The notes below the pieces were generated by a model. The model did no database searches. It was not told the origin of the DNA and was given only the letters and a program-made list of their open reading frames with translations. From Sarea resinae (Eukaryota), in NCBI GenBank assembly GCA_026026165.1, contig JAPEUD010000054.1, positions 62,001 to 126,000 of the forward strand: 64,000 nucleotides of DNA, given 5' to 3'. A program made the position numbers and the translations under genes. This document shows, piece by piece, positions 25,327 through 38,222 of this stretch (its first letter is position 1; every line of letters begins with the position of its first letter).

Positions 25327-27679
25327 CTACCCCCTCTCACCACCACCTCTACCACCACCACCAGAACGAACGACAACAGGCACCCGGTCCGAATACCGCT
25401 CGCCCATCTCGACGGCGCCCAGGTCCCCCACCAGCTCAAAGCGCGGCGTACTGCTGACCTCGTGGACCCAGCCGCCGCCGCCATCTTTGGAGCGCTCGTA
25501 CAGCTCCGCGGCCTGCGGGGCCTGGGAATCGAGTTCGTGGAGCCGTCTTCCGCCCGGACGGGACGAACCGGATGATGAGGTAGACGAGGACGAGGACAGC
25601 GGCATGGGCAAGGGCCCGGAGATGGAGGGGAGCGCGTCGTGTGACGTGTGTGCGGCGCCGCGGGTGTGGCGCCGGTAGAGGTAGAGCAGGGTGCTGACGA
25701 GGGCGAAGACGCCGGCGAGGGCCCCGATGGCGATGCCTGCTTTGGCGCCTGTGGAGAGCGGGGTGGCGGGGGCGGGTTTGGCGGCGCTGGTGGTGGTGGT
25801 GGTGGCGGAGCGGGCGGGTGCAGAGGCTGCGGTGCTGGATGTAGGGGTAGATGTGGATGTGGATGTGGATGCCGAGAGCATGGACGCGGGCATGGGGAGC
25901 GTTTGCTTGAATATCGAGCTTAGGGCGTCGCTGGAGAATCCGCCTTGCGGCTGGCGCGAGGTGGCGTTTCCCGAGGAGCTGTAGAAAGGGGGAAAGAGGG
26001 GGTTTTGTTAGTTTGGTGCTTGAGGATGGGAGAGGGATGCAGGGATGGAGAATGTGGAGGAGGATGGGTGAGAAAGAGATAAAAAGGAAAAGGGCACGAC
26101 ATACTTCCCACCGATGACGTCCGTCACCACGCCAGGCACGCTATACTTGACCGAGGGGTCGAACTGCGTCTTCCAGGCATACGTGCTGGTGTCGAGCACG
26201 CGCACGGGCGGATACGCCGAGCTGCACACGGTGCCATTGCTCTGGTCCTCGCCGCCCTCGGTGATCTTGCCACCGAGCACGACCATCTGGCCGCTGGCGC
26301 CAAAGACATGGCACTGGTGATGGCTGCGGCCGACGTTATCGGCCACGGCCGCCTCGAGGTTGTTGGTGTCGTTGTGGATCTGGATCCACTCAAAGGCCGG
26401 GATCGTCAGCACCCAGACCTCCTCGTTGGCCGTGCCGCTGAAGAGGTTCCACCCGCCGTACAGCGTGATCTGGAACGAGGAGTAGTCGGGCGCGGCCGAG
26501 AGCGCGACGCAGAATTCGGACCGCGACGACGGCACCGTCGCGTTGGATGGCAGCGTGATGCGGTGGAAGGTCGAGCTGAAGATGTCGTACACGGTCAGGT
26601 TCGAGAGTGGGATCAGGTCCCACGCGAATCCGGACCCAAAGGAGCTGCCGGGGTGCGACATCTATTTTTTTTCGAATCAGCTCTTCGTTCGGACTACAAT
26701 ACTAAAAAGCTGTCATATAAGAAACTTACGTCGTAGCCGCCCAGCACGATCAGAACGCCCGCTTTGCCCATGGGCACGTAGGCCATCTGGCCACCCTGGA
26801 TATGCGGTACAGGCACCGCGTCCAGGTCGGCCGCAGTTGCCGGGTCGGACGTCTGATTCGTCCACTTGGGAGCCTGGGGCGTCGAGGCGTCGAACCGCAC
26901 CATGCCCGGCATGTACTCGGAGTCGTCGCCACCGAGGAAGAACGACAGGCCCGTGTCCTGCTGGCTGGCGTAGAGACCCTCCTGGCGATTCGCCGTGTTG
27001 TAGTTCCCGCCGGCCACGGTCGCTTTGCTCCATTTACCTGTAGTGGTGTTATAGACCGCGAGCTCGTCGTCCGAGGTCGCGCCTTCGTTGCCGCTGCTGT
27101 TGTCGTCTAGACCCGCGAAGACGTACAGGGAGTCGGGCGTGGTGAAGAATGCACCGCCGCGGTTGGCGGTCTGGGCGCGGATGTTGGGAGTTAGGTCCAT
27201 AGGGACAGTAATGGTGTTGAGGGTGCCGTTGGGGATAAAAGTTTCGACCGGGAAAGTCGTGTTGAGATCCAGGTAGTAGAGATATGGTTCTAGCGGAGGG
27301 GCCGTATTTAGCTTCGAGGGTAGAGGACCGAGAAGGGAGCCAGGGGCCTTTCTGCGGCCTGGTTGCACTCACCAGAGGTGGACTCTTCCGCGGGAACAAA
27401 GGTGTAATTCCCACCCATGAAATAGAGCCTCGATCCCACGATGGCGGCTTCAACAAGTCAGCACGACAGTGGACGATTCATGGCGACACACGCAACGCTT
27501 GCTCAACACTCACACCGTGGCTCATATAGCACGCAGAGATCGCCAATAGCGCGGGGTTCCAGGTCGCCCGCCGCCATCACTCCAACTGTGGCATACTGGA
27601 GGAGCTGGAGACAGACACCGAGCAGAAAGGCTGAACCGAGTCCGCGACGGCAGCGGAGAGAGGATGGGAAAAGCATCAT
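25327..27679 (-). CDS. Kelch/galactose-oxidase-type beta-propeller cell-surface protein with signal peptide, S/T stalk and one TM helix, multi-exon
   Basis: AIVGSRLYFMGGNY, LYVFAG, LSFFLGG, VLIVLGGYD, YDIFSSTFH, SSRSEFC, ITLYGGWN, VWVLTIPAFEWI, RSHHQCH, QMVVLGG, and the TM LSTGAKAGIAIGALAGVFALVSTLLYLY followed by RR. Confidence 0.85.
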
Positions 27680-29365
27680 ATTCGATGAATTGAAAGCATT
27701 CTCTATCGTAGACATCAAACGCAAAGGAATGCGACGAAACATGAGAGGAAGACAAGAAGAGCGGATGGTGGAGAAGGAAAGGCTGCGGAAGAGGAAACTC
27801 AAATGCAAGGCCAAACACGCAGACAGAGAGAAAGAGCCTGGAAGCATGCATACATAGTAATTCTGTCTGTCTGTCTGTCAGCGCAGCCGCCGGGCCCCTA
27901 CACGTCAAACGATACCCGCATACATGCTAGAAGGAAAAGAAGAAAATCCATGCTCATCAGTTCACGACGTCTTCCCGTCTCCGTAGACGGTTTAGCCAGG
28001 TCCATGGCTCCCGGTCAAGATAGGACGGGCAGTGTTGTCGCCCCTGACACAAACCAATGGGACTCGCATCTTCTCTCTTCTCGACAGGGAGGACTGATAT
28101 GTTCACGGCCCATCCGTCCCAGCAGTGTGGTCATGCACATCGCAGCCTGCTCCTCCCGTCGATAAGGGGCTGTGAGTGGTGGCTGTCTATCAGGGACGGG
28201 CGGGTGTTTGGGTGTTTTTGGTGTTTCGGCCCCGCACCGACCCGCCCACGCCGGCCGCCAGTGGTGGAAACGTTCGGTCGCTTGCCCTCGAATTGGACCG
28301 CCAGACATCGGACTTGGCCTATTTTAAGCCAATCGCCCCCTCGGATCGTCGCATATCTCGTGCATACGCGCCCACCGTCACACTCTCATTCGGCTGTGCC
28401 GCGTCAATTCCACAGTTGCCGTCGTTGCCATCAACACATTTTATTACCGGCCACTCTTCTATTATAGAAAGCCGCGATGATCGGATGTCGAGCAATGGGT
28501 GAGCGTATCAGGATGATGTCCATATCGAAATACCACCGAAGGAATAGCATCGACGATTTTCGGAATATCCCTGACTAACCGTTGCCTTGGGTACTGCGTA
28601 GAGTGGGCTACATCTTCGGGTTCTTTGTTAGCGATAACAAAATTCGACCAGAGAATGCATCTTCATCTCGAGCTGAAAGACTCTCGAGTTCATCATCGAT
28701 GACTCGATGTGAAGCTGCAAATATATTGAAGTCCGGAGAGACGACGCTTGCTGCGCCGATGCGAACAGTGCGTCGCAATCTCGATGATCAATGGAAGGCA
28801 ATACGACAAGGTACCTAAGCTGTTCTATATCTCGCCTGCCGCCTGCGCACCTATCTCTTCCTCAATGAGGCAGCGATAGAGCCTCACCGGTGTCTTTCCA
28901 GACCCTCCCAGCACGAAGAAAAGCCGGTCCAATTCCTCTCTAGGCTTTGCTTGGCTCTTGTTCGCAGAAAAAAATGCATCTCTCGTATATATATCTCTCT
29001 ATACACGAATATCAAATACTACGAGTAGATTCTACCGCGATAAATGGAGTCATATATGCAATGTTATCATTAAAGCCGATCTATACCCACGACCCCCACA
29101 GATATCAGACAAAACGCCTTGAGATACGAGATGGAGCCCTTCCGACAGCGACGCCAGTCGTGCCGTGCCACGCCGTGCTACCAACAGGAAAGCCGAAAAT
29201 GGGTATATGCTTATGCTCTCCTGAAAGAAGGAGATAATTAAAAGGGAAAGGCGGTTCAGGTTGTATGCAGGGGAAAACGGGGAGCGCTCGTGCAGGAGAG
29301 ATAGAAGTAGGTGTGCAATTGGAGAAGGAGAAGCAGAGAGAAGAAAAGAGAAATGCGAGAAACAT

Positions 29366-31426
29366 TTAGATGCCAGAAGTATTAGTGCGATAAAATTTGC
29401 CATCATGACTCTCAGATGTCCCTTCACCTCCACCGTCACCCCAGCGGTCCCTAGGATCCTTCTGAACAAAGCTAGAACCAGGGGTCTTGTAGAAGCCACC
29501 CTCATAATTCGACCCTCGGAATGTTGAAAACCCGAGCGTTGACCTCCCAAATGGCGCACTGATACTTAAATGGCCCGACTTCTCCAGCGGTGGCGGGGAC
29601 AAACCCGCCGTAGACCCCGGAAGAAATGCCATACCGCTCTCATCCAGCACGACATGGACCTTCCCCGCCACCCGATCTGCGGGGTCCGCCGTCCACACGG
29701 TGCCATGGGCACGATGGACGTTGCGGGCGGCAGAGGCGATGGCGGCGCCGCCCGCCGCAGAGCCTAGAATCACCGTCTTGATGTCGCGGTAGTCGAACCG
29801 CAGGAGACCGTGCCAGCCGCGGGTGCGCCAGCACTCGGCCGCGACCAGGAGCAGCACCGCGGCGTTGATGATCGTGATGGCATAGATATAGCCGGGCTGG
29901 CCGATTCTGACGCCGGGCAGGTGGCCCGATGCGGGCGTTGGGACCGAGTCTTGCGCAATCATGAGCTGAGCGCTGTTGTAGGCCAGTAGCGCGTCGTCCA
30001 TCATCGATTCCATCGAGGCTTCGATGGCGCCTAGGGTGGAGCTGGTGCTGTTGGCTGTTTCATTCGAGGCGACTACGTTGGCGATGTTGGAGGCGAGCAC
30101 GTTGCCTAGCGTCGACGTGTACAGAGAGGTGTTGATCATCGAGATGTAGCGGATGATGCTATGGACTCGGGCCAGGAGCGTACCGCTGGCTTCTAGGTCC
30201 GGTGCCTCGCCCGGAGTAGGCGAGACGGTGATGATACCCTTGCGAACATCGACGGAGACGGAAAGGAGCGTAGGGGTGAAGATGGTCGTGCATTGCGTGT
30301 GGTTGAGGCCTGCATAGATATCCCCCAGCGTGGCAACGGCATACATGTATTTGCCCTGGTTGATCACGTCCTGAAAGGCGACGATTCCCGTGCTGTTTAT
30401 GAGCGCAGCCGTGGAATAAGATTCGTACTTGTTGGGGCTGCTGTTGGGAAGATAACCCGTTGCGAGGTACAAGGCCGGCAGCGAGGTGGTGTCGGAATTT
30501 CCTATGGGAACGATATAGTAATTCGAAGAGGAATTGATCGTACAGGCTATGTCTGTGAGATATCCAACCTCGGTGTAATTGTAATATGTGAAGCCAGCCA
30601 GCCCTTCATCAGACAGCCCCACCGAAGCTCCTGCACCGAATGAACGCCCGCGATAGGCGAATGGCGTGTGATCCATCTTCTTTTTAATCGGCTCACTGCC
30701 ATTTCGACAAGAGGCAGCGGCTGCAGCATCCTGAATCGAGCCTTGAAGATCCCGCGCTGGCTGATACGAAAACGTGCCTCTCGTCTCTCGAAGAACAGTC
30801 CCTTCATTCAGGGCTCGTATGTCCGTCGTTATGTTCCAAAAAGGCTCCGAGGCGGCACTGTACCGAGGCACATCGATTCTGTAGGAAGACCGATAACCAT
30901 ACGTGTCAATTGGCGTGATAGCACCCGTCCAGAGAGATGACGGCACGACCGTCAAGGAGACAAAGCAGCCTAAAACAACCACTTGTCTCCACGGCAGTGT
31001 CCATTCCAAACGAGAACCACACAGTGCGTTCCACAGCTTCATCTGATCCAATGAAGCAGGGTTCCGTGTCAACATCAGCCTGGTGGAAAAGTTGATAAGG
31101 GCGCAGACGGCGTAGACTTGAGCGGAGCCAAGCAGCAAGGAAAGGACCTGGACGACCAACTGGACGGTAGCCCGGTGGCTGGTGATGGCACGATAAGCTT
31201 CACCGGTAATAGTCCAGTTCTGGGCGGCTCCCGCGAGCAACAGAAAGGTGACGAGAGTGGTTCCTGCGAGGCCTGGAAGAAGCCCATACTTCGCCCGGAT
31301 CGACTCCTGGACATGAGGATTGGCATATTCGACGCCATGCTCCTCTTCCGCCAGCGTTTCTGTAGAGGCAGAAGAGAAATGACTTGTTGATGACATTACC
31401 ACGCCTTTTTCTCTTAGGCCCGCCAT
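29366..31426 (-). CDS. Uncharacterised fungal integral membrane glycoprotein, single exon (about 686 aa from the first ATG)
   Basis: Long uninterrupted ORF with 3 N-terminal hydrophobic segments (ending SSLWTGAITP), a large region rich in N-glycosylation sequons, and a C-terminal TM (YIYAITIINAAVLLLVAA) followed by FDYRDIKTVILG. Confidence 0.8.
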   Translation of the reverse strand: MAGLREKGVVMSSTSHFSSASTETLAEEEHGVEYANPHVQESIRAKYGLLPGLAGTTLVTFLLLAGAAQNWTITGEAYRAITSHRATVQLVVQVLSLLLGSAQVYAVCALINFSTRLMLTRNPASLDQMKLWNALCGSRLEWTLPWRQVVVLGCFVSLTVVPSSLWTGAITPIDTYGYRSSYRIDVPRYSAASEPFWNITTDIRALNEGTVLRETRGTFSYQPARDLQGSIQDAAAAASCRNGSEPIKKKMDHTPFAYRGRSFGAGASVGLSDEGLAGFTYYNYTEVGYLTDIACTINSSSNYYIVPIGNSDTTSLPALYLATGYLPNSSPNKYESYSTAALINSTGIVAFQDVINQGKYMYAVATLGDIYAGLNHTQCTTIFTPTLLSVSVDVRKGIITVSPTPGEAPDLEASGTLLARVHSIIRYISMINTSLYTSTLGNVLASNIANVVASNETANSTSSTLGAIEASMESMMDDALLAYNSAQLMIAQDSVPTPASGHLPGVRIGQPGYIYAITIINAAVLLLVAAECWRTRGWHGLLRFDYRDIKTVILGSAAGGAAIASAARNVHRAHGTVWTADPADRVAGKVHVVLDESGMAFLPGSTAGLSPPPLEKSGHLSISAPFGRSTLGFSTFRGSNYEGGFYKTPGSSFVQKDPRDRWGDGGGEGTSESHDGKFYRTNTSGI

Positions 31427-32158
31427 ATAACACGACAGTCGCTGCGTCAAGGTATATTTTTCAGAAATTTCCAGCTTTGCACGTCTCTGCTTCAGCCTTT
31501 GCCGGCCAAGTCATGACCACCATATGGGAGCGCAGCCATATTGCTTAAATGATAGCTGAGGAAGGCCAACAAGCAGGCAGATCCCATTTGGACCATCGCT
31601 GCATGCATAAACGCTGCCTGGATAGACAAGACGATTGGAGGTCGTGTATGAATAACATTAATCCATACCAGGCGACTACAATCCATGGATACGACAGCCA
31701 CTACTAAGCTTTCCCGCTCGGCTCCAGCTCGCGAAACCCCACAACGGCGGCTAAAGCACCCCACTCCTCCCATCCACCAAACTGATGATGTCTATCCTCA
31801 TGCGCATCATTGTCAATCTCGTTTCATCACATCAAATCATCAGACCCCATCTCGATCTACGTGTTCGTGCGCTGCGGCACCAGAGATGAGTGAAGGGTGT
31901 GTGTGTGTGTGTGGATAAGGTAACCGCTCGAGAATCTTGTATACAAATGTCCAGCTTTTTCCCTAGGACCTCGAAAACTCGCTCCCCCAAACAATGAGTT
32001 GCAGCAGATAAAGACAATGGCAAAGTAACGAATGAGAATGACATGATATCACGACCTTTCTTGCTTTGCATATGCGAAAGATGAGAAAACAAAGTATTAG
32101 AACAGGAAGGAAGAGAAGAAGAGAGAGGCCGTCTTTCGCTGGGTCAACCTCGTACTTT

Positions 32159-35100
32159 CTAGAAGATGTCCTCAACACCCCGCCACTCGCCTTCTCCTCG
32201 GCCAACTTCATCCCGCATGCGCCAGTAGTCACCAGTAAAGGCCCAGTATTCCTCGCCGGTGATCTCGCATCTAGCTTTGCGGAACCACTGCGGCACGAAC
32301 TCTTCGCCTCTTGCTTCTCGCTCTCTCCTCGTAGCTCTCTGCTTCTCTTCGACGCGATTCTTTTCCGTGGCCGCGAGATCGTACTCGCCATCCTCCATGG
32401 CCCGCTGGTCGGGTCGTAGACGAGTGTCTGTTCGAGCGAGGTAAGGCCGGAGATTATCCGGGAGAGCATTGAGCGTGAGGACAAAGGGCGTGAGATTGAA
32501 GGGAATGCCGGTGGGTCTGCTATGGCATTCCCAGACGAGGAACGCTTGATAAGAACCAGCTTCACCGCTGCGAATGGAAGAAGCGTTAGGTGGGGTAACG
32601 GTGCCTTCGTAGCCGGGTGTGAGACGAGCGTAGATTTTGTCGTTCCATCGCCCGCCTACACTCCACCGAGGCTTCCCATCGGCATCCATGACCTTCCCCT
32701 CAACACGGTAGGCCGACGATGCTTTCCAACCACGGGCCTTGAAGTCGAGGGTGCAAACTTCACCAGTCGTCCAGTTCTTGACTTCCATGATTCCATAATT
32801 GTCGACCGTTGGGTTGCCAGTGATGATGCCCACAACCGAGGAAGTGACTTTCTTCCATGTGTAGAGTTCCTCGCCACCAGTCGTAGGTCGCAGCCGCAGG
32901 AACCATGTACCCAGCGGATTAATATCAAAAGACTTTCCATAGAACTTCGACCTGACAGCCGATTCGCCCTGCAAAAGGAGTGAGTTCGAGAAATCCATTT
33001 ATGACAGACAATGAACTTACAAAGTAATCCCACTTCGCGGATTCGGCCCATGCAGCACCTATCGGCGGGTGATGGCTGACCTGTTCGATAAAGAACCGGT
33101 AACCTTTGTCCGGCCTGGCATACTCGTATGTTTCTCCTAGTAGTGGATTGAAAGGCTTTGCGACACGCCCGGTAGTCGAGGCATACTCGCTAGCCGCAAA
33201 GGCTGCAACGTAGAGCATTCGTTCGGAAGAATCAGTCCGAGTGGCAGCGGTGTCAAGGAGATCGGTGTACTCCATATCCTCAGCCACACGCTGAAGCAAT
33301 GAAGTTGGCTCGTTGAATGATACAGGCAAAGTCATCTTCGTCATGTCCTTGCCAATCATAGATTTCAGAATACCCTGCAATCAAATTAGCGCTTTCTTCA
33401 CGAGCATCCATGATGAACTTACCCAAAGAGATATCTTTGGCCTGTCGTCAGCATCCATCTTTAGTCGTGTTCGAACGGGGTCCTCGTAGCCTCTGAAGGA
33501 AGGCATTATCTCCGAGTCCTTTTTCTCCCACAGGCTTAGTTCTTGAACTGGCTCATCTGGCATATGATCGACCACTTCGACTTCGCCTGCATCAACAGCG
33601 TCAAAGAACTCCTCGTCGTCCTCATCGGCATCCGAATCATCGGACAGAGCCGTTAGCTCTGCAATGATAGACTTCCGTCGATTCATGGGGCCAGCATCGG
33701 CGGAGGGCTTTCGAAGGAGGGCCTTTCCATGGTCATCAATTTGCACTCTCTTCAAGGCCTGTGAGACGGCCTCTGGGTCTTTCTGGACAGGCTTGGGACC
33801 CTGGGGGCTGCCGATTGCAGATCCCGCAGCATTTCCCAACGCTTCTTTCAGAGCCTTCTTGGTGCGTTTCCGTTTGTCCTCGGACTCGCCTATCCTCTCT
33901 TCCAACTCTTCCTGCTCCCGGGCCACTTTCGCCATGCTGTCTTCCCACATCCTTCGCACATCCTGTTCCCGGTCGAGTCTATACTGCCAGTAAGCGTCTC
34001 GATCCCGTGCAATTTTCAACAAGTCCCCAACAAGCCCCTTAAGGCTTCGTACAGCGCCCTCATAGGATATTAACGCTTGGAAAACAGACGGATGCGAGAG
34101 CGCCATATTAGGATTCTTGGTCCTCTCGCCTTGTAACGCTCCTGATATTTGCGCCAAGAGATCGAGCTGAAGTTTTGCAGATTGAGCAGTGATATTGAAC
34201 GCATCCTTGCTGCCAGGCTGCACTTCGCGACTACTGGCATCATCTCCGTACTCTTCGTCGTCATCGTCCAAATCGCCCTCAATCGTCGCCGTGCCCATTT
34301 GACTGAATGCCCGCCCTGGATCCGTAGCAGTCATGCTCGGCTCATAAAACTCGTCCGGAATGTCATTGTCTCCCGCAGTGCTTCCAGGAGCAGTGTTGAA
34401 GCCTTGGCTCGATCGCCAGGCCCCACTGGTAGTGGGGGCGCCCACGGCGGTACCTGGAATTAAACCACTGCGGTTGGGTCTCGAGCTGCCAATGCTTGTC
34501 TCGTCACCCTCCTTCTGCCCGGTCTTTTCCGCCTGCTCCTCTTTTGCTTGTTGTAACATTTCAAAGTCTCGCGTCTGCCGTTTCTCCTCTTCCCGAGCTT
34601 CATCCTTTGCCCATTGAATCGCGTTATTTAGGGCCCAGAACCAACGCTTTGCCTCGACCACGTGGTTCGCCTTCAGATGGTACTTTACGGATGATTTCCC
34701 TTGAATTTCAAAACGCTGCTTATCCTGGGGGTCCATATAGAGTTTGGCAATCTTCATGTTTATTGCGCCGCGGCACGCCGAACCAGCGTCATCTGGTAAT
34801 TGCATCAGGGATGACTACTTGAAACATGTCGTAAAGAGTTACTCACCTTGGTGTTTGTAATAGCTCAGAACGCCGTCCTCCAGTACAAACCATCTCAATT
34901 TGTAACCGCTCGTATAATTGGTCCACTTCTTCAAGTAGCCTTTCATCTCACGTCCTTCTTTGCCGGCCATTGAGCCCTCGGCAGCAGGGCCTGCGCCTGA
35001 AGGGGCCTGGGAAGTGCTCCCCAGTATAGCTTTCTCTTGAATGCCGCGTTGGGCGGCAGCGGCAGCTGGTGATTTCTTCAAGACGGCACGCGTTCTATCG

Positions 35101-36444
35101 TCCTTGGTCACATCTTGCGGTAATTTACCTTTACGATCTCGACGGAACGGGTCCGCGCCATGGAGCAACAGAAGTTGAATGAGTTTGGTATCTCGTTTCC
35201 TCGCAGCCTCGTGGAGAAGAGTGCCTCCTGATTGCGTAGTATTGGGGTCGGTCGCCAGCTCCGCGCCGTTGATATCGAAGATGGTCTGGACGCGAGACTC
35301 CTCCAGCAATTTCTCTAGGTTCTCGTAGTCGTGATTTGCGACCAAGGACTGTATCTCTCCAACCTTGGAGTCAAGAAACAAGGAGCGCGCCAATTGCAAT
35401 TGTTGGAAGATCTCAGGCGTGCGCGCTAGTTCGAGCGGTGTGCGACCCTGAGAGTTTGTAATCGAGTCGTTGATGTCTTTCTGGTCGAGAAGTGACCGCA
35501 CAATTGGCGCTCTGCCGAGCTGTGCAGCTAGATGGAGAGGAGTGTTCCCATCACGATCGCGCGCATTGATGTTGATGCCTGCATTTGGCTTGCTGGCGGC
35601 GATGGAGAGGATGTAGTCTACCACGGACGCCTCGGCGCATTGCACGGCGAGATGAAGCAGCGAAGTGCCCTCGAGTGCCCCTGCTCTTCCGAAACTGGAT
35701 CCGACAGATCCAGTGCTGGGTCTTGGCTCGTCCTCTAGGGGCGGCGAGCCGTTGGAAGTCTCTCTGATGGCTTTGTTGATTGCTGCGGTGTCGCCTTTCC
35801 TCAGGGTCTCGAACAGCCTGAACATGCGAACGGACTGCTCGATCGATGACCCCTTCTCCGACCCGATGGACGGTCCCGGGTCTTGTCTAGAAGACATCGA
35901 GGTGGACAGATTGTTCGAAGAATCGACCGTGGTGGACATGCGTGACCGATGGCGGGCCAAGTACATGTTGCCTATAGGCTGTGATTGCGCCGCGGAGACG
36001 AGTGGTACAGTCGAGGACGCATTCGTGGGCTGCGAGGTGAGCGATATACTCGACGACCCGGCCTCTGACTTGGGAAGGACGGGCACATTTGGCACTTCTT
36101 CCTCCATCTGCCCTTTGGATTTGTCTCGGTGCAACAGCGACAGAGCGAGCGAAGACTTGGAGCGCTTGCGCCTAACTTGTCTGTCAGGAATCACACCAGG
36201 TCAGCGTTCTCGCGATCTCAAGAAGAGGGAGAAGCAGAATGGGCGCGACTAAGAGATGTTTTGAGAGCAGTGCAGTACATGATAAGTGCCAGTGCCAGTG
36301 CCAGTAAGTGCCAGCAAGTGCAGTAGTTCTCCAGGGGCCATAGAGTAGGTACTTGAGGGCTGGATGCAGCAGCAGCGGCAGCAGCCAATGACGCGGATCG
36401 GCACCGAGAACAGGAACTCACCCGTCGAATCCTTTGTCCGCCAT
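32159..36444 (-). CDS. OSH1: Oxysterol-binding protein homolog of Osh1/Osh2 type (ankyrin repeats, PH, FFAT, ORD), 5 exons
   Basis: Exon 1 MADKGFDG with a GTGAGT donor at 36421. Ankyrin motifs GNTPLHLAA and [10 protein letters not shown] domain [35 protein letters not shown] signature EQVSHHPP, and [12 protein letters not shown]. Confidence 0.93.
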
Positions 36445-38126
36445 CTCTCAACAACCTTGGACCAACGACCACTCGGCGATATTCGAATCAACACGGGATC
36501 AGGCCAGTGTGGAATTATGCGAAAGCGACGGGGGCGAGCATCTGTTACATGGGCAGACCGCCTTCTGGCATTTGACGAATGGTCAAGGAGGGGAGGGGAT
36601 TTGGAACTAATGGAAGACGCGAGAAGGAGGAGGAGGAGAATGAATAATAGGTGAGGCCAGGTAAGTATCCGTGTGGTCAGGTAGGCAATTGAAGCAAACC
36701 GAGGTGAGGGTATTCGGGCACACAGACGATAATTATTACCACAAGGAGTGCGTAGTCGAAGGAGTAGAGTAGGGAAGGTTAGTGTGTAAGGTAGGAGTAG
36801 CGTATCTGGGGAATTAGCAGGAGATGTCACCGCATGAGCAGGAAAGACGGTCACTTGGACGACTGGGTACCTGGCGAGGTACTTATCCTACTGTTTTCCC
36901 TGGCTGCTCTCGGCCAAGTAGTTGTTGACGTCTTCGAGGTACCGGGAACCTGAGAGGGATCCAAGGTGCTTGCTTCTGCTTCCCGGTATTTGCCTCAATT
37001 GCTGTCCCATCCATACGTACCTTGGGTATTTAGTAGGTCGTACAGTGAGATGAGCAGTGCGAGTACCGTGGCCGAAGTAGCCGTCACCTGAAGTGCGACC
37101 TACTACTACATATCGCTGCGACACGGGCTGGCGGCATCTACGGAGTACACGGAGATGGATACGTAAGCTAATGGAATGGAAGCCTCCAGAGGCGACGGCG
37201 TTAGCGGCAGCAAGGATCGAGTGTGGTCAAGGAGATGGATGGTACTCATCGTGCTCCATGCGAACATCATATCGTCTATGGAAATCTTCTGAAGTCGTGA
37301 TAGAAGCCCATCGAGTCAATCGTGCCCTGGGGGCCGCGAGGCTGTACTCCATATGAGGTGAGATGTAGAAGTACCAAGAGCCCAAGTACAGCTCGTTACC
37401 GCCAGTTTCCGTTGACTGCAACCACATTTCCCATCCATATGTAGCTACCACGATACACTGACTGACCGACCGACCGACCACGCAGCAATGGCATGTTGCG
37501 TGCAGCAGGGAGGATGGGGGATCATTTTGGCGCCATCCATGGATCCATCATTCGTGACAATCGCTTGCAGGTCATGAAATGGCAGCTGGAAGTCTCGTGG
37601 GGCAGACGAAGGCCATGGAAAAGACACAGCCACAGAACGCATTGGCACCAACTATTGAAGTAGGTAGAGACACTCCAGCTCCCTCTTGCCATCCACCCAT
37701 CCATCCATTGGCAACCAGACCCTCGACATTACGGAAAACATCGATCGCTGGCCTTCGTCGCGAACGAGTAGTCTAGAGCTCTTTTTCGCTGCAGCTGCAA
37801 GATCGTTTCGTTGACAGGTACTCGACACACGGCATGTAATGAACGAATATCAAATCGCAAACAATCAGATACGGTAAGGTAGCCTAGCCATCGGCCAACC
37901 AGCCGCGAAGCCTGCGATAGAAAAACATGAATGGATAGGGCTCTGCCAAAAAGAGTACGACGGTACCATTCCTCACTTACGCTGTAACAATTTCTTCTGA
38001 TGGGATCAAGGACTTGGAACCAGGAAGCGATCAAAGGATGATGAGACTGAGCCTTAGTCTGACCGCGGATCTTCCTATCCCCAGAAGCGACAAACACGTT
38101 CACATCAGGATTCAGGTGGAGAACCT

Positions 38127-38222
38127 GGACGATCGACAGTCCCTGAGACTGGACGGTGGACGGCCCCTGAGATGGAACAATCGACGGTCTCTGAGATAGA
38201 ACGATTGATGGTCTCTGACACT
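38127..38222 (+). repeat. Degenerate 24-bp tandem repeat x4 (GRSTVPET/GRWTAPEM/EQSTVSEI/ERLMVSDT)
   Basis: Units ggacgatcgacagtccctgagact, ggacggtggacggcccctgagatg, gaacaatcgacggtctctgagata, gaacgattgatggtctctgacact. Confidence 0.8.
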
